From positions 496,001 through 560,000 of the forward strand of contig NW_027266276.1 of NCBI RefSeq assembly GCF_022045235.1: a DNA stretch of 64,000 bases, read 5' to 3'. Under the pieces are notes generated by a model. The model saw nothing but the letters and a program-made list of their open reading frames with translations, ran no database searches and was not told the DNA's origin. The translations under genes and the position numbers were made by a program. This stretch comes from Haliotis cracherodii (Eukaryota). This document shows, in pieces, positions 50,822 to 62,880 of this stretch (its first letter is position 1; the number at the start of each line of letters is the position of its first letter).

Positions 50822-52245
50822 ATGAAGGTCGCCATCTTCCTGCTCTGTCTCCTGCCTCTGGCCTTTGCCGAGAAAAAAGCCCTGCTGGGAAACAGTATGT
50901 AACACGAAAACCNNNNNNNNNNNNNNNNNNNNNNNNNNNNNNNNNNNNNNNNNNNNNNNNNNNNNNNNNNNNNNNNNNNNNNNNNNNNNNNNNNNNNNNN
51001 NNNNNNNNNNNNNNNNNNNNNNNNNNNNNNNNNNNNNNNNNNNNNNNNNNNNNNNNNNNNNNNNNNNNNNNNNNNNNNNNNNNNNNNNNNNNNNNNNNNN
51101 NNNNNNNNNNNNNNNNNNNNNNNNNNNNNNNNNNNNNNNNNNNNNNNNNNNNNNNNNNNNNTTCAATGTTTAATCAAATCTAAATTATTTTGTCTTTTAA
51201 GTTCTGGACGGAGGCGAAATCCACAAACTCGTCAGTTCCGTAATTGAGAAGTTTGGCAGTGATGCTACCGAGACAGAGTGTGAAAAGGAGTGCACCACCC
51301 TCTTCACCAACGATATCATCGACCTCGGTTGCGACTTCGCCTGCAGGGGGTAAGTCATAGTTTTACATTTATTTTACAGATTGAATGAATGGGTGAACCA
51401 AAGGGGGCATGCCTAGGTTTGGGATTCAAATCTGGGATGATTCTCTATTTGGTGTAACCTTGTGTTAGAAAAACGTATGAGGCTGCAAGGTGTTACAATA
51501 ACCCTCAGAGTCACATGTTGCAATGGTTGATAGAGTTTGATAACAACCACAATGCTATCTGTTGTTTCAATGACCATGTGTCATCTGCCGCAGTTGTTAA
51601 CATTGCTCGGTAACACCTAATGAGGGGCGCACGGATGGCACGGACGCAATTCGCTAAGTTGTGTCCCTTGGACACGCCAAAAACCTATGATTGTGGGTTC
51701 GAATCCAGGTTCGCCCCGATTATGGTTCTAGGTTTGTCAGCATCATACCCGTGCTCTTGGGTTTCACCGTAGTGGTAAACGTCTGAGACCTACATCACTT
51801 CGGGCTTTCCTCCCACATTAAGCTGACACGCCGCGATATAACTGGAATACTGTTCAAAGCAGCGTTAAACCCAACTCACTCAGTTACACCTACGATGATA
51901 TAGGTTGTTGCGCGTTGTGTGTCATAAATTTCTTTAGCCTCCTGTAGTACTACATATTGTTACTCTTTTGTTGCAATGACCTAAGATGGAACTTCATGTT
52001 GCAATGATCGATAACCTTCTTGTACAGCTTCATGTTACAATGATCGATAACTTTCTTGTACAACTTCATGTTGCAATGATCGATAACCTTCTTGTACAAC
52101 TATATGTTGCCTTGAACTTAATCATTATTGCTGTACGTTTAGGTTATAACTTAACAAACCGCTTTTGGAAAAGTGAATACTTTGTTACAGAATCCAAGGC
52201 CTTATTCAGAAGTTTCATCACAACTCTGCCCCTGCCACCAACTAG
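50822..52245 (+). CDS. Array copy 7: secreted twin-CX3C protein, 91 aa; exons 50822-50894, 51202-51349, 52191-52245
   Basis: Near-identical to copy 6 (LLGN vs LLGG, CRG vs CKG); N-gap in the intron at 50913-51161. Confidence 0.82.
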
Positions 52246-53926
52246 AGCACCTGTAACCAGTCATGAATAAAGTGTAACTCCTATAGCAAGTCTCTTTTTA
52301 CATTGCTTACATTGGCATACTGAAGCACAATACAGTCACAGTGGATAAAACGTGTTATCAACTTGCACACTACTATAAAGGGGTGGTGGGATAGCCTAGA
52401 AGTTAAAGTGTTCGCTTATCACGTGGACTGACTTGGTGCGATCCTGGTCCTGGTCTTTTCAGGATCCACGTGTGATCAACTCCACTTGTCTCCTATATTC
52501 TCGGAAAGTATTTGATTTAGCTTTATTGTTGTCAGAATAATTGTTAGTAGTGTTGATAAGGATTTAGTGGTTCATTTCCTGGACCTTACAAATTAATGTA
52601 TCTTAGGATTATATGGATTCTTAATAAGAATGTAGCTATAAAAACACCAGAGGATAAATTTCATTATCTGACAAACCAGACTTCGTTGTTCTCAAAAGGC
52701 AAAACAGTGATGAGAGCAAGATATGTTTGGATCACAGAAAATTATTTATGACACCAGGTGTTCGCGAAAATGACAAGAATGTCCAGCTCTAATGGTAACT
52801 CTCGCCACAATCTGCATAAACAGTAAGCGTCTGTTGCCTTACGTCGTTCCAAGCAATAATCCTGATGAACGTCGGCGTCCTGTAAACATTGAAGTCTGGA
52901 CCAGAGTTTCAGGTAATAGTGAGTGGGGGCCAAACACTGTAGTGACACGATGTGTGTGCAATACTCCTCACGTGTTATAGAAATTCAACGATTACCTTGA
53001 AACAATTCATGATAGTCAAATATTTCCTTCTCCGGACAAAGAACTGGATTTTGTACGTTGGGTTAGTAGATATCCCATCCATCACAGTACCGTGTACAGA
53101 TAGTTCATGACGATAGTATCCATATTTGTTTGTTTGTTTGCTGTTTAACGCCCCACTCAGCAAAAGTCCAGCTATATGACGGCGGATTGTAAATAATCGG
53201 AACTGGACCTGACAATCCAGTGATTGGCATCATGAGCATCGATCCATACAATTGGGATACGATGACATGCATCAACCAAGACAGCGTGCCTGACCACTAG
53301 ATCCCGTTCGTCACCTCTTACGACAATCATAGTCACCTTTTATGGCAAGCATGGGTTCCTGAAGACCTATTCTACCCCGGATCTTCACAGGTCTAGTATC
53401 CATGTACGAGGGTTGGCTGAAAAGACTGACTGTGTTGGACTGTGTTGATGGAGTTGGCAATCCCATTACAATCAGATCTCAGTTCTCAGATCTAAACAAA
53501 ACATGTCAGCACATCTGGGAGATGGTCATCAGTAGGACCCACTTGGAACCCCAGAAAACCGGTATCTTAGGAGGAGGAGAGGACGTTTGATTATTCCACT
53601 GTTTCGTTGGTTTCCATGGTTTCTGCCTGATACTCATCCATGGTTCTAAATCGTTCAACAAACCGGTGTAGATGCTCACCAGAGAAGAGGAACTTGGAAC
53701 CTTTCAAGTCGGGAGTCCGAAACCTTATAACACAGCGTGCTGAAACCTTTGTCACGCCCAGTTAATTTCTCAGCTCTCTCTCTCACGAGAGATGCCTCTG
53801 TATTTGGATGTGGCGTGTTGCAAGACATCGATCATCCATACTGATATCCTGTAATTTATCAACACTTTCCTTAATGGTGGCAGTTGAAGGTCTTGCTGGT
53901 CATGATCATCTTATAGGCTCTCTGTC

Positions 53927-54045
53927 GCGGTCGGTTCGCCTAGTGGTTAAAGCGTTCGCTCGTCACTCCGAAGATCCGGGTTCGATTCGCGACATGGGTA
54001 CAATGTGGAAAGTCCATTTCTGGTGTCCCCCGCCGTGATATTGCA
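53927..54045 (+). mobile_element. SINE family A, 3'-truncated
   Basis: CCTAGTGGTTAAAGCGTTCGCTCGTCAC...GGTTCGATTC. Confidence 0.7.
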
Positions 54046-54722
54046 GAAATGCCTATCTTGCAAAGGATGGAACATCATCCCCTAAAGTTGACATCATGTT
54101 CCCATGGATGGCTGTTGGACTTGAGATATTTCAGTTGGAGATATTTGATGACGGCGCAGTAGCCAGTCTCATCAACAGAGGCGACTGTGTCACTTTGATG
54201 CCTGCATATATATACAACCGGAAGGTAATGTACTAAGTACATGCAACCTGTTGAGAATGCACTATACAACTCCTTCCTCTTGGATTCAAATATATAGAGA
54301 TATTAGTGGACACCGTCTGCATGGTTGTCTCCATCTCTTGTATTTATTATTCATAAATACTAGTATTAATTTGCTCTCACCTCATCACCCTCTTTCCATA
54401 CCCGTCAAAGTCAGTTCAGTAATGGAGGATGAGTATAAAGAAGGAAACTTAACTTCAAGCTATAAACGTGGTTTTAATCGGAATCGCACTATGGACTGTG
54501 ATTATGAAAGGGATTGTTGCTTGTATTATAAAATCTGCTTCAGAGATATTTAACCGAGCATTTTTTTGTATGTTTCATGATCTCGATGCGTTGCACATGT
54601 GTTTACTTGTTCGTTTCCCACAAGATCGTGCTTTTCTCCAGATAACGCGTGGCATTTATAAACTTAGTGTCCATTGGTTGCAGCGACCATGTGATGCTGT
54701 GAAAAAGTTCAAAGGATAGGTG

Positions 54723-54773
54723 TATAAAGCTTCACTCTTTGTTAAGTCATTCTCCTTATCTAAGACGGTAAGT
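54723..54773 (+). promoter_or_regulatory. Copy 8 core promoter and non-coding exon 1 (54749-54767)
   Basis: TATAAAG at 54723, Inr TCATTC at 54747, donor ACG|GTAAGT. Confidence 0.72.
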
Positions 54774-55159
54774 GGAACTGATAGGCGTTTAATCGTGTGA
54801 GAGAGGTGTGTGTTATACCATGGTGGTTATGACATATGAGGGAGAGTTAGATTTCATTGAAATTCTACAGTTAAACTGGAATCAGCTTCCTCAGGTACAC
54901 GAGTATCTCGAGTATCGAGCATCTTCACATATATATGGGGTCGCGGATCCATTTGTGTTTCAGTACATACGGGTACGTGCACAATGTGTCACGTTCTTTT
55001 AATATCATTATCGGTGAAGATAGCGAAGGGTGGTCCAGTTATCCGAGGCGTTGAACGTGGTTTGGTTTGGCTGTTGTTTGCGCCGCAGTCAGCAATACTC
55101 CAGCAATATGGTGAATTGTGCTTGAACGTCGCCTTTAAGATTGTTTATGTTTATGTAGT

Positions 55160-55640
55160 GTGTTTGTTTGTCTCCCAGCTAGTACAAGCCATGCTGTAGT
55201 GGTACATGGTGTGTTTGTCTCCCAGTTAGTACAAGCCACGCTGTAGTGGTACATGGTGTGTTTGTCTCCCAGTTAGTACAAGCCACGCTGTAGTGGTACA
55301 TGGTGTGTTTGTCTCCCAGCTAGTACAAGCCACGCTGTAGTGGTACATGGTGTGTTTGTCTCCCAGTTAGTACAAGCCACGCTGTAGTGGTACATGGTGT
55401 GTTTGTCTCCCAGTGAGTACAAGCCACGCTGTAGTGGTACATGGTGTGTTTGTCTCCCAGCTAGTACAAGCCAGGCAGTAGTGGAACGTGGTGTGTTTGT
55501 CTCCCAGCTAGTACAAGCCATGCAGTGGTGGAACGTGGTGTGTTTGTCTCCCAGCTAGTACAAGCCATGCAGTGGTGGAACGTGGTGTGTTTGTCTCCCA
55601 GCTAGTACAAGCCATGCAGTGGTGGAACGTGGTGTGTTTT
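55160..55640. repeat. 47-bp minisatellite in intron 1 of copy 8
   Basis: GTGTTTGTCTCCCAGCTAGTACAAGCCACGCTGTAGTGGTACATGGT, ~10 units. Confidence 0.93.
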
Positions 55641-55772
55641 ATCTAGTGGTACATAGATACACATATAAGTTAAACGCAGCGTTTGTCTGAGGTAGTACAG
55701 GACTGTAGTCTGTTTATCTCCCTGGTCGTTCGTGACACATGTGCTTGTCTCTGAGGCAGAAAGAACATCAAC

Positions 55773-56263
55773 ATGAAGGTCGCCATCTTCCTCCTCTGTC
55801 TCCTGCCTCTGGCCTTTGCCGAGAAGAAAGCCCTGTTCGCAAACAGTAAGTGTCATGACACAGATACAATTGGGCTCATTCGCAGTCATGTAGAGTTTCA
55901 TAATGTAATTGAATACACACACAAACACACAAACACACAAACACACAAACACACACAGAGAGTCATCACACACACAGACACACACACCACACATACACAC
56001 AGACATCGGCCCAACANNNNNNNNNNNNNNNNNNNNNNNNNNNNNNNNNNNNNNNNNNNNNNNNNNNNNNNNNNNNNNNNNNNNNNNNNNNNNNNNNNNN
56101 NNNNNNNNNNNNNNNNNNNNNNNNNNNNNNNNNNNNNNNNNNNNNNNNNNNNNNNNNNNNNNNNNNNNNNNNNNNNNNNNNNNNNNNNNNNNNNNNACAC
56201 ACATATACAAACACGCACGCACGCACACATACACACACATACAAACATGCACGCACGCAAACA

Positions 56264-56307
<44 letters not shown>

Positions 56308-58161
56308 CACGCATATACGTTGACAGCTTTGTTGGAAATGGGTATTATTTCCCTGATCAGACAATCACCTTCAAAACCAGACACACCTTTAGAGTATCAG
56401 TATTCAATTTAAAGACACGATTGTGTTTTTAAAGTCTTGGACACCGGCGAAATCCTCAATCTCGTCAAATCAGTGGTTGAGAAGTTTGGCAGTGACGCAA
56501 CAGAGCAGGATTGTGAACAGGAGTGCATCACCCTCTTCACCAACGACATCCTCGACCTGGCTTGCGACTTCGCCTGCAAGGGGTAAGTCAGTGGTTGTAA
56601 TGACAGGAAATAAATGGTTCAAGCAGGTTATATACTTAGGATGCTGCACAATTGTTATTAATATGTAGGATGATTCTCAGCATCGTATAACCTTGAATCA
56701 TTGTGCCGATAGTCTCTTAGAGCACATTGTTGATTCCTTCTTGTGATGATCGATAGTCTCTTATACTTATAGCACATTGTTGATTCCTTCTTGTGATGAT
56801 CGATAGTCTCTTATACTTATAGGGCATTGTTGATTCCTTCTTGTGATGATCGATAGTCTCTTATACTTATAGCACATTGTTGATTCCTTCTTGTGATGAT
56901 CCATAGTCTCTTATAGCACATTGTTGATTCCTTCTTGTGATGATCGATAGTCTCTTATAGCACATTGTTGATTCCTTCTTGTGATGATGTATAGTCTCTT
57001 ATACTTATAGCGCATTGTTGATTCCTTCTTGTGAGTGAGTGAGTGAGTGAGTTGGGTTTAACGCCGCTTTTAACAGTATTCCAGTTATATCACGGCGTGT
57101 CAGCTTAATGTGGGAGGAAAGCCCGAAGTGATGCAGGTCTCAGACGTTTACCACTTCGGTGAAACCCACGAGCACGGGTATGGTGCTGACAAACCTAGAA
57201 ACATAATCGGGGTGAACCGGTATTCGAACCCACAATCATAGGTTTCTGGCGTGCCCAAGGGACGCAACTCTGCACAGCGAATCGCGGCGCCTTAGACGAC
57301 TGGACCACCCGTGCCCCCCCCCTTCTTGTGATGATCGATAGTCTCTTATAGCGCATTGTTGATTCCTTCTTGTGATGGTCGATAGTCTCTTATAGCGCAT
57401 TGTTGATTCTTTCTTGTGATGGTCGATAGTCTCTTATAGTACATTATTGATTCCTTCTTGTGATGATCGATAGTCTCTTATACTTATAGCACATTGTTGA
57501 TTCCTTCTTGTGATGATCGATATTCTCTTATACTTATAGCGCATTGTTGATTCCTTCTTGTGATGATCGATAGTCTCTTATAGCGCATTGTTGATTCCTT
57601 CTTGTGATGATCGATAGTCTCTTATAGCGCATTGTTGATTCTTTCTTGTGATGGTCGATAGTCTCTTATAGCGCATTGTTGATTCTTTCTTGTGATGGTC
57701 GATAGTCTCTTATAGTACATTATTGATTCCTTCTTGTGATGATCGATAGTCTCTTATACTTATAGCACATTGTTGATTCCTTCTTGTGATGATCGATATT
57801 CTCTTATACTTATAGCGCATTGTTGATTCCTTCTTGTGATGATCGATATTCTCTTATACTTATAGGGCATTGTTGATTCTTTCTTGTGATGATCGATAGT
57901 CTTTTATACTTATAGTGCATTGTTGATTCCTTCTTGTGATGATCGATAGTCTCTTATAGCGCATTGTTGATTCTTTCTTGTGATGATCGATAGTCTCTTA
58001 TAGCGCATTGTTGATTCATTCTTGTGATGATCGATAGACACCTGCTACTACCATGGTGCCCTGAACTAAGTCACAATAGTGATGTACATTTAGTTTCAAC
58101 TTCTCAAACTGTGTTTTATTACAGAATCCAGAGCCTTATTCAAAAGTTGCCCACCAAATGA
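55773..58161 (+). CDS. Array copy 8: secreted twin-CX3C protein, 85 aa; exons 55773-55845, 56435-56582, 58125-58161
   Basis: MKVAIFLLCLLPLAFAEKKALFANILDTGEILNLVKSVVEKFGSDATEQDCEQECITLFTNDILDLACDFACKGIQSLIQKLPTK*; last intron expanded by a minisatellite and a SINE. Confidence 0.86.
55915..56312. repeat. (CA)n/(CACG)n microsatellite around an N-gap in an intron of copy 8
   Basis: Visible directly in the sequence. Confidence 0.88.
56708..58037. repeat. 44/50-bp minisatellite filling the last intron of copy 8
   Basis: GCACATTGTTGATTCCTTCTTGTGATGATCGATAGTCTCTTATA(CTTATA). Confidence 0.94.
57035..57320 (-). mobile_element. Full-length SINE family D inserted in the minisatellite
   Basis: 11-bp TSD CCTTCTTGTGA (57024-57034 and 57321-57331); (TGAG)n tail; A/B boxes. 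Confidence 0.88.
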
Positions 58162-59612
58162 CCGACAGCCGCTGCCACAAAATAAAGTATTGGTAACTGT
58201 TCATGAATAAAATGTAACATTAAAGTTTTGTTGTTCATAATGTAATATTGAAGCACTGCCTACGCATATACGCTACTCGCATACAGTCCATAAAACGTTT
58301 CGATTCTTGCAAAGGACAGTTAGTACGCAGCGATGTGTACCCTAGTGGTTAAGGCGTAAGGGCGTTTCCGATTCTCCTCATGGTTACTGTACATGAAGCA
58401 AAACTCACCCGATGCATAAATGGGAAAAAGGAACCGTAATAAATTATTAGTATTATCAACCAAGCCATTTGATATATCAAAATAAGCCGACACGTCTTAT
58501 TAGGAGATTCACATAACTTTTGTGATTTTGTAACCACAGGTTTTAAACATACTTAGCGGTAAACAGGATTTGGATTATGTCGTTAAAAGGAACAAAGTCT
58601 TGTGTGTCTTAACTCTACACGTTAATGACATGTAACACATATCAGGGACTCAATATTCCACAATATCAACATGATTTGAACATTAAACATGTCCATGAAA
58701 AGTGTGGAATATAGTTATTGGTGCCATTCATTAGTTACCCCCTCCCGCATGCGAATCAACACGAGGTACGTGTACATACATCTTCTGTCGTCACAATCAT
58801 AATATCATGAGTCTAAAAGATGTTCCACGCTACAATGTTCCACCTATAGAAGATGTTCCATGCTACAGTGTTCCACCTATAGAAGATGCTTTCAAGCAAC
58901 GCATGTTGAGAGCCATGTTTCAGACGACAACATCTCATCTGCAGTGACAGATCATATATCATATGAACCTGAAGGCTTGAGTGACAGTGGCAGTGTTGGC
59001 AGAGAGTGAATTATCTTACCGTATTGGAGTAAAATAATGGATTTGGTTTTGAGTTACTGAAAATATTGAAGCAGTAGCATATAAGTGCTTCACATTGAGA
59101 CTTCAAAGTAAGTCAATATGATCGGCAATTATAGTACATGACAGAGGCGATAATTATCTTATATATGACAAAAACACGATAGATGGAGATCCTAGTCGAA
59201 ACCTAAATTTTGACAATTACATTTCTCATACATTCCGAAGTGAAGACGAAATATCGTAATTTTACTGTATTGGCGGCCATCCTACAGGCGATTTGGCCGC
59301 CATATTGGATTAATCACATTTCTCGAGCTCACATTTGTAAGATACTTAAACGATTCATGTGTTCAAATAAAAGAAATTGGTGTACAAGAATTTTAGTGTT
59401 GTCATAGTATTTTTTAAACATGTTATTAATATATATTTGTTGTTTCCTTGACAGGATGAGATGGGTGGGATCACATTTACTAAATTGTCATACATTATAC
59501 CTACATTAATTGTGGATCTTTTCATAAGTACCTTAAGCATTTAGGAAGACTTTGAGATATCACATGACATGATTGTCAATATGCAGGTTACATTATCTTT
59601 AGTTTTGTAATA

Positions 59613-59750
59613 CAGTAAAGTACGGTTATAACGAACTCAAATATAAGCATATATACAGCATAATGAAAGCAGATGGTCGGGACCCAAAAAGTAAATTCGC
59701 TATATCCGTCAGTTCGTTATAAGCGTGTTCGTTGTAACCGTAGTTTACTG
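59613..59750. mobile_element. 138-bp Tc1/mariner-pogo-type MITE
   Basis: 24-bp TIRs (22/24 match) CAGTAAAGTACGGTTATAACGAAC flanked by TA on both sides. Confidence 0.85.
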
Positions 59751-61655
59751 TACTTGGAAAATGGAAAATTGAGTGATTTTGGCATGTTTTTTTACACATT
59801 TTGGCCCATTACTTGTAGGTTTCCTAAGTCAGCACAATGATTTAGTTTATACAATGAGCATTGGAATATGCAAACTGACTTGTTTAGAGCCATTTATTTA
59901 ATTCACTTAATTTTGATACACCAGTGTGCATTTTATCACCAAAACAAATCACCACAACCATCGTTTTCTAATGCATAAATGACATCTTGTGAAGAAACAT
60001 GTGGTCGTGCTCTGTTCTACTGTTTGGAGGGGATACTCCTTAAATAAGCCTCATTTTAAGCGTTGGCCGCCACTATACTTGTCTAAAGCGGCATTTAGCC
60101 ACTTTCACGCACTCACTAAAATTGTCGGCACAATCGTAAAATATCTTACTTCAACCACAGATTCCAGCTTTTGGTCCCCCTATCAGATAAGGAGATCACT
60201 GGAGACATTAAGATATTGTTAAAATTACATCCGCAACTTTGTGAGTGTGTATTTTTAGATAATCAGGAATTGTACTCCCTTATAATAGTTACCCCCGAAA
60301 TGCAAAGCACACTGTATGTTTAGTCCTATAGCCTGACACGTCAATTATTCACGCTGTCCTACACAGATAATTGGTCAACGTTTCCCGCCCTTCCCCGTGG
60401 CAGACATTGTCTCCCTTCGGTCTGTCCGGGACAACAGAAACCTCTTTTCACAAAAGTGCGTATTGTTATATGGCACTGTATCGTATTGTTAAACAATGAT
60501 TGTAACGGTGTTACATTGTGTCTGTTGAGATTTGGTAGACGCTCATTGCATTTTATTTTGGTAATGTAAGCAGTCGTCAGAAAGTTACTATTTTTAGATG
60601 CTAGTACAGTGTGTATACTTCCGGTCCGTGAGTGAGAGTATGTTATAGAAACATATGGAAATTTTTGTAATGTTCTATGTTGTGAGTACACATATATATA
60701 TATATTATCACTGACTTTTGCTATTACCACTGTATTTTTGTATTTGATACTGACAACTGCCATCATAATATTTATTGCCATTGAATATTGTACTGCCATC
60801 ATAACTGCAGTGCAGTAATTTGTGCTGATTTGTAAACTCCGTAAACTTTGTTAATTTTGTAATACATTTGTTCATTGTATACCACTTGTTGGCTCTTTTA
60901 CGTACAGATTTCAGGATTTACATATTGTCTCAATTGGTTAATCGACACGTAACAGTAAGAATACATCGATCCATATCGATCCATGAAAGATGGCTGCCGA
61001 AAACCCATCGTTCGATATCGGATCGCTTACGGATGTTTTTGGCGACGATTGTGACAGGCGTTGTTAACCCAGACTAGTTTCATGATGAGATGACAATGGA
61101 TGAGATGGGTACAAACATTAATTGCATACAAATTGTAACGTTGATAGGGACATGTTTGGTAATTCTCACATTGAAAAAAAATCACGATAAACTACGTGTA
61201 CAACAAGCAAAAATATTAGAAAAATGTATGAAAAGCTTCAAACATGACAATATATTGTTACTTGTTTTCGGTATATGTAAACTGTACCTACAGTGTATTT
61301 ACAGCACATTAAGGCCCGACACAGGCGACATGGCCTACACTGGCTAGCGACGGAATGACGTCTGCTGCTACTGGTGACTCTCGCCCACTTCATCACCCTC
61401 GGCACTGAGGAGATCAGGTCAATAGTGATAAACTCGGAGCGCATAAATCTTGATTAAGATATTCAAACGAAGAGAAGAAATATATTTAATAATCATACTG
61501 ATGACTTATGTATATAACAAAGAAAATATGGAAATGTTACGTGTCGGCATTGAATGGGTTGACTTTGCCTCGCGTAACCTACCGTATGAAATGCAAAAAT
61601 TATCATTAATATTTTCAAGAAAACTCACAAGAATATATCCCGCCGCCCACTGGCA

Positions 61656-61832
61656 TGGTACACGGAACCAGCACTTGGCCGCAACAGTTTGTCAAAAATG
61701 ATTAAATCAATTTCTGAAGAGGCAAACTTAAGCAAAGCATACACAAAGCACTGTGTCAGGGCCACAACAATCACACTTCTTTCGTATGCTGGCGTGGAAT
61801 GCCGCGACATCATGAACTTGACAGGGCGCTGA
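61656..61832 (+). mobile_element. Crypton-like tyrosine-recombinase remnant
   Basis: WYTEPALGRNSLSKMIKSISEEANLSKAYTKHCVRATTITLLSYAGVECRDIMNLTGR* matches the HxxR...(S/T)GH box of Crypton/DUF3504-type recombinases; truncated by TGA. Confidence 0.72.
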
Positions 61833-62424
61833 AACTGTCACTCATGTCTTCGGCTCAAAAAAGGCTCAGCCAAGCTCCAGGGTGACAGCAACGTCATGCC
61901 AGCAGGAATAGTTAGTCAACAAGTTGAAGTTGAACAGCATCACACTCACAGTACTGGGTTGGCTTCTGGTTTCCTGCAATTCTTGAACAGCTCTGTTACT
62001 GATATCAATTTCTTTGGCAGCCATAACTGAGAGTGCAGCGCAATGGCAACCGGGACAAGTTAGGACAGTTCTCAATTCAGGGTGGGGGAGGCATAATTTT
62101 TAGTTTGTATAATTTACTGGGGTGGGGGTGTTTCCTGAACGACTAAGTTTAGTCAATATATCCGAAATTAAAAAATATATCTTCGGAGTATTATTAGACA
62201 ACTACTTATGGAAAACTATGTAATTTGAATCGTTATTTTGAACAATGAGAATTTTAATGTTGAACTTTAGTCATATTTGTTACAGTTATAATTACCTGTG
62301 ACCCCTTCTCAGATTTCCCTTTCTGTCGAACAATATTCCTTGCCACAACTTTTGAGGTACAATAGAGCATGCTCTTTCTACGAATATTTCAAGCTGACAA
62401 AGGAGCCGCACTTCTTTATATTAG

Positions 62425-62880
62425 GGGTGTCAGAAACCATTGACTGTGGGTTCGAATACCCCTTCATCCTGTTTATGTAGCTTTTGGCGCTCTATCCCTA
62501 TGCTCTATGCTCGAGGGTTTCACCAAAGTGGTAAACGTATATAACATGAAACGCTTTTGGCTTCTACCCACATCAAGCTGACACGCCGTGATATGACAGA
62601 AATACTGTTTAAAGAGGCTTTGAACTACACTCGAACTCACTCACTCGTTTTCCATACGCTAGCATTATTCCAAGCAATGTGTGCTGGCCTAATGTGGCGA
62701 GGAAATGGTCAGGTTGGGTATTGGTTTATTGCATGTGATCGAACTCCGACGGCGTAGGTAATGATAGTTGATCATAATATGAATAACTGGATTGTCTTGT
62801 CCACACTCGATTATTTACAGGCCGACGTCATATAGCTGGAACATTGCCCAGTGTGGTGTTAAACAACAAACAAACAAATA
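62425..62880 (+). mobile_element. Degenerate SINE D (62425-62645) and SINE B 3' part (~62770-62880)
   Basis: Shared cores and tails with the intact copies. Confidence 0.6.

Larger units (their letters stand above)
41967..53524 (+). repeat. Second unit of a tandem segmental duplication (first unit ~32035-41966)
   Basis: Collinear, near-identical blocks: satellites, 34.0-35.3 kb vs 45.1-46.5 kb, Tc1, promoter, gene, 3' flank, SINE B. Confidence 0.9.

Noticed and set aside
55602-56432. Long ORFs spanning N-gaps (also near 3221, 17797, 39107, 50750)
   Set aside because: Artefacts of N runs and microsatellites; only the embedded signal exons are real.
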